A stretch of 64,000 nt of DNA, taken from Eledone cirrhosa (taxonomy: Eukaryota). Made by a program: the position numbers and the translations under genes. Numbering within the stretch: the first letter of the stretch is position 1; each line of letters opens with the position of its first letter. The notes beneath the pieces are model-generated. The model was not told the origin of the DNA and ran no database searches. It saw nothing but the letters and a program-made list of their open reading frames with translations. Shown here one piece after another: positions 61,313 to 64,000 of this stretch. The stretch is from contig CAXHJY010001116.1 of the NCBI GenBank assembly GCA_964016885.1, positions 12,007-76,006 on the forward strand, given 5' to 3'.

Positions 61313-62248
61313 TCTGGCTATGGAAACAGCAATTGGAATCAAGAGGCCTGAGAGTGAACATAGCTAAAACAAAAGTGTTGATAAGTAGAAGAGAGGACAA
61401 TACTCTGTTCCATCGGGGAAATGGCCATGTTCCATATGTAGGAAAGGAACTGGCATTAATTTCATAGAATGTACGTAATGCAGATCTTGGGTACACAAGA
61501 CATGTAGTGGGATAGCAGGCAAACTAACAGGTAGGGAAAACTACGTATGCAGTAGATGTACAGGGAAAGTTGGCACTAGTAATCGCAGTGATAGACACAT
61601 TTTTCCAATGCAGGTGGGTTCCATAGAAGTGGTTGATAGCTTCCGGTACCTAGGTGATCAGATAAACATCAGAGGGGGGTGTTCCGAGGTCATAGTATCT
61701 AGAATAAGGACGGGTTGGAAAAAGTTTAGGGAGCTGCTTCCTCTGTTGACAAAGAAAGGTTTCTCCCTGCGTACGAAAGGACCGTAATATGATGCCTGTG
61801 TGAGATGTGCGATGCTGCATGGTAGTGAGACGTGGGCAGCAACTGCAGAAGATATGCAACGGCTGGAGAGAAATGAAGCAAGTATGCTCCGTTGGATGTG
61901 CAATGCCAACGTGCGTGAACGACCAAGCATAGACGAGTTGAGAAAGAAACTGGGTATAAGAGGGATAAGTTGTGGTGTGAAGGAGAGAAGGCTTTGATGG
62001 TATGGACATGTGATGCGCATGGAGGATGACCGCTGGGTAAAGAAGTACCAAGAAATCCCAGTAGAAGGAAGACACAGTAGAGGTAGACCATGAAAAACAT
62101 GGGCGGAGGTGGTGAGAGCAGACCTCAGATCGCTTAAACTCACCGAGGAGATGACGAAGGACTGTGACAAGTGGAGAGATGCTGTGCTGAATAGGACCCG
62201 TTCAACCCTTGCAAGCAGGGAAAAGCAGATGTATGATGATGATGATGA
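61313..62248 (+). mobile_element. RTE-clade LINE, 5'-truncated, same family as 49575-51183
   Basis: LESRGLRVNIAKTKVL, Cys/His block WPCSICRKG..C..C..WVHKTCSG..YVCSRC, FRYLGD, MLHGSETW and a (GAT)n tail. Several stops. Confidence 0.92.
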
Positions 62249-62624
62249 TATAGGAACGTAAAGTATGAAAAGCTGCAAAAATATGATAAAAAAAGAGGGA
62301 GCATCTTATGCGAAGGTGCATCCAATAGGCTGGTAAATATGATATATCATTAATAATTTAGTGTTAAAAAAAGATTTCGGCCTTTGACGCTTAATTTAAG
62401 TACATATTTTGGGGCTGAAGTTTGTTAACCTCCTAGTGGTGAGCCCTGGAAACTGATCACTGCTCTTTGGTCTCAATCAGACGAATGACAACAACCTGAG
62501 ATCAACTCATACACAAGAAGAAGTACTTATTTTTAACATGAACTGAGTGAGTCTCTTCACTGACAGGCTACCTTACCAGTTTAAGAAACATTGATTTGTT
62601 GCACTGAATCCAAAGAGACCTTAA

Positions 62625-62893
62625 CCCTTTTCAGACCAATCCGGCCCAAACCAACTCTGGTTCTATGAAAGAAAATCACCCTTTTTAAAGGCTGCCTATT
62701 TAAATTTAAATTTAAATCTTTCAACATAACTTTATAAAGAGCTATATGTTCAGTTACTATCTTAGTAATGAAATCACTATAATTATCATTTAATGTCTGC
62801 TTTAATAATTAACAATTTTAGTAAATGTCTCAAAATTCTTCTTTAATTAATTGAAATAGTGTGTATTTCATTAGTAATATGATCCCGAAATGG
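62625..62893. mobile_element. Possible second TTAA-flanked MITE
   Basis: TTAA|CCCTTTTC...GAAATGG|TTAA. The TIR match is weak. Confidence 0.3.
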
Positions 62894-63237
62894 TTAATAG
62901 TTCGGCCAATCTAGATATATACAGCTTACTGTTGTGTTTGTTATTGTTGTTTTGCTCCAGGTGATACCAATAACCAATACCACTTATGACATAACCAGCC
63001 AATCTATTCTTTTTCTTCAAGAATAATACACCGCTGATTATATCATCCAGTGTATTCTGTTTGAAGAGAGAGCAAAGTTTAATTCGATGGACACATGACT
63101 ACTATTGGCTCTGATTTCTGAAACATATTTTGTTGAAATGAAAGACAAAGCTGACTCCTTCACAAATTTAAAATCAAAAGCGTGAATAATTAAAACTAAA
63201 TACACGTGTGCTAGAGTGTCACATATTTAATACAGTG

Positions 63238-63630
63238 AGTTGAAAAACTATGATTAACTGATATTATCCATGCAATTAATAGATAAAACCTCCCTCTGAT
63301 GATGCATAAATCTTCATCTTTAGTTGAATAACTATGATTAACTGATATTATCCATGCAGTTAATAAATAAAACCTCCCTCTTATGATGTATAAATCTTCA
63401 TCTTTAGTTGAATAACTATGATTAACTGATATTATCCATGCAGTTAATAAATAAAACCTCCCTCTTATGATGTATAAATCTTCATCTTTAGTTGAATAAC
63501 TATGATTAACTGATATTATCCATGCAGTTAATAAATAAAACCTCCCTCTTATGATGTATAAATCTTCATCTTTAGTTGAATAACTATGATTAACTGATAT
63601 CTTCTTATGATGCATAAATCTTCATCTTTA
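63238..63630. repeat. 84-bp minisatellite, ~4.6 copies
   Basis: CTATGATTAACTGATATTATCCATGCA at 63248, 63332, 63416 and 63500. Confidence 0.93.
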
Positions 63631-64000
63631 GCACCATGGAACCCTGATAAACGGTTACCATTTTGACCATTTTATGGCCAAATTTGACAAACCTGGTCAA
63701 ATACTTTTTTTTTAAAGTTAGTTTTGACCATAGTTTTTGCCATGGGAGAAGGATTTCACTTCATTGAAACATTTTATTCAGAAAATATATATCACATTTA
63801 AATGTTTTCAACTAGCATTAATAACCATGCTTTGGATTTACCTCATTGGCTATGGTACCACCAATGTGATAATTGTTTTACTTCTGGCATCAACCAATTC
63901 TATACAAAAGAGAAGCTGTTTATCCATCTGTCTGTCTGTCACATATATGTAAAAGGATGGGAGGAAACGAGGAGGAATGAAAAGTCGTTATGAAGAAAGT

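Overview
AT-rich, microsatellite- and retroposon-dense animal genomic DNA, most consistent with a coleoid cephalopod (octopus-like SINE repertoire and a molluscan-type neuropeptide; taxon is inferred, not looked up). The only host gene I can support is a cholecystokinin/sulfakinin (CCK/SK)-type neuropeptide precursor whose whole CDS lies in one exon (21887-22285, +). It encodes HGSWYYDYGLGGGRF-amide and DFDEYGLGGGRF-amide. The rest is mobile or repetitive DNA: three or more tRNA-derived SINE families, decayed non-LTR retrotransposons (R4/Dong-like, Tx1/L1-like, RTE, RTE-X-like, CRE-like, L2/Crack-like), two non-autonomous Helitrons, Tc1/mariner- and piggyBac-type MITEs, and many mini- and microsatellites. 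Almost all long ORFs in the track are simple-repeat artefacts. The most unusual signal is a set of short elements sitting in (TA)n tracts that form near-perfect fold-back palindromes and carry complete or partial hammerhead-ribozyme cores, most likely Penelope-like or retrozyme-like ends. No CRISPR array, rRNA or convincing tRNA gene was seen.
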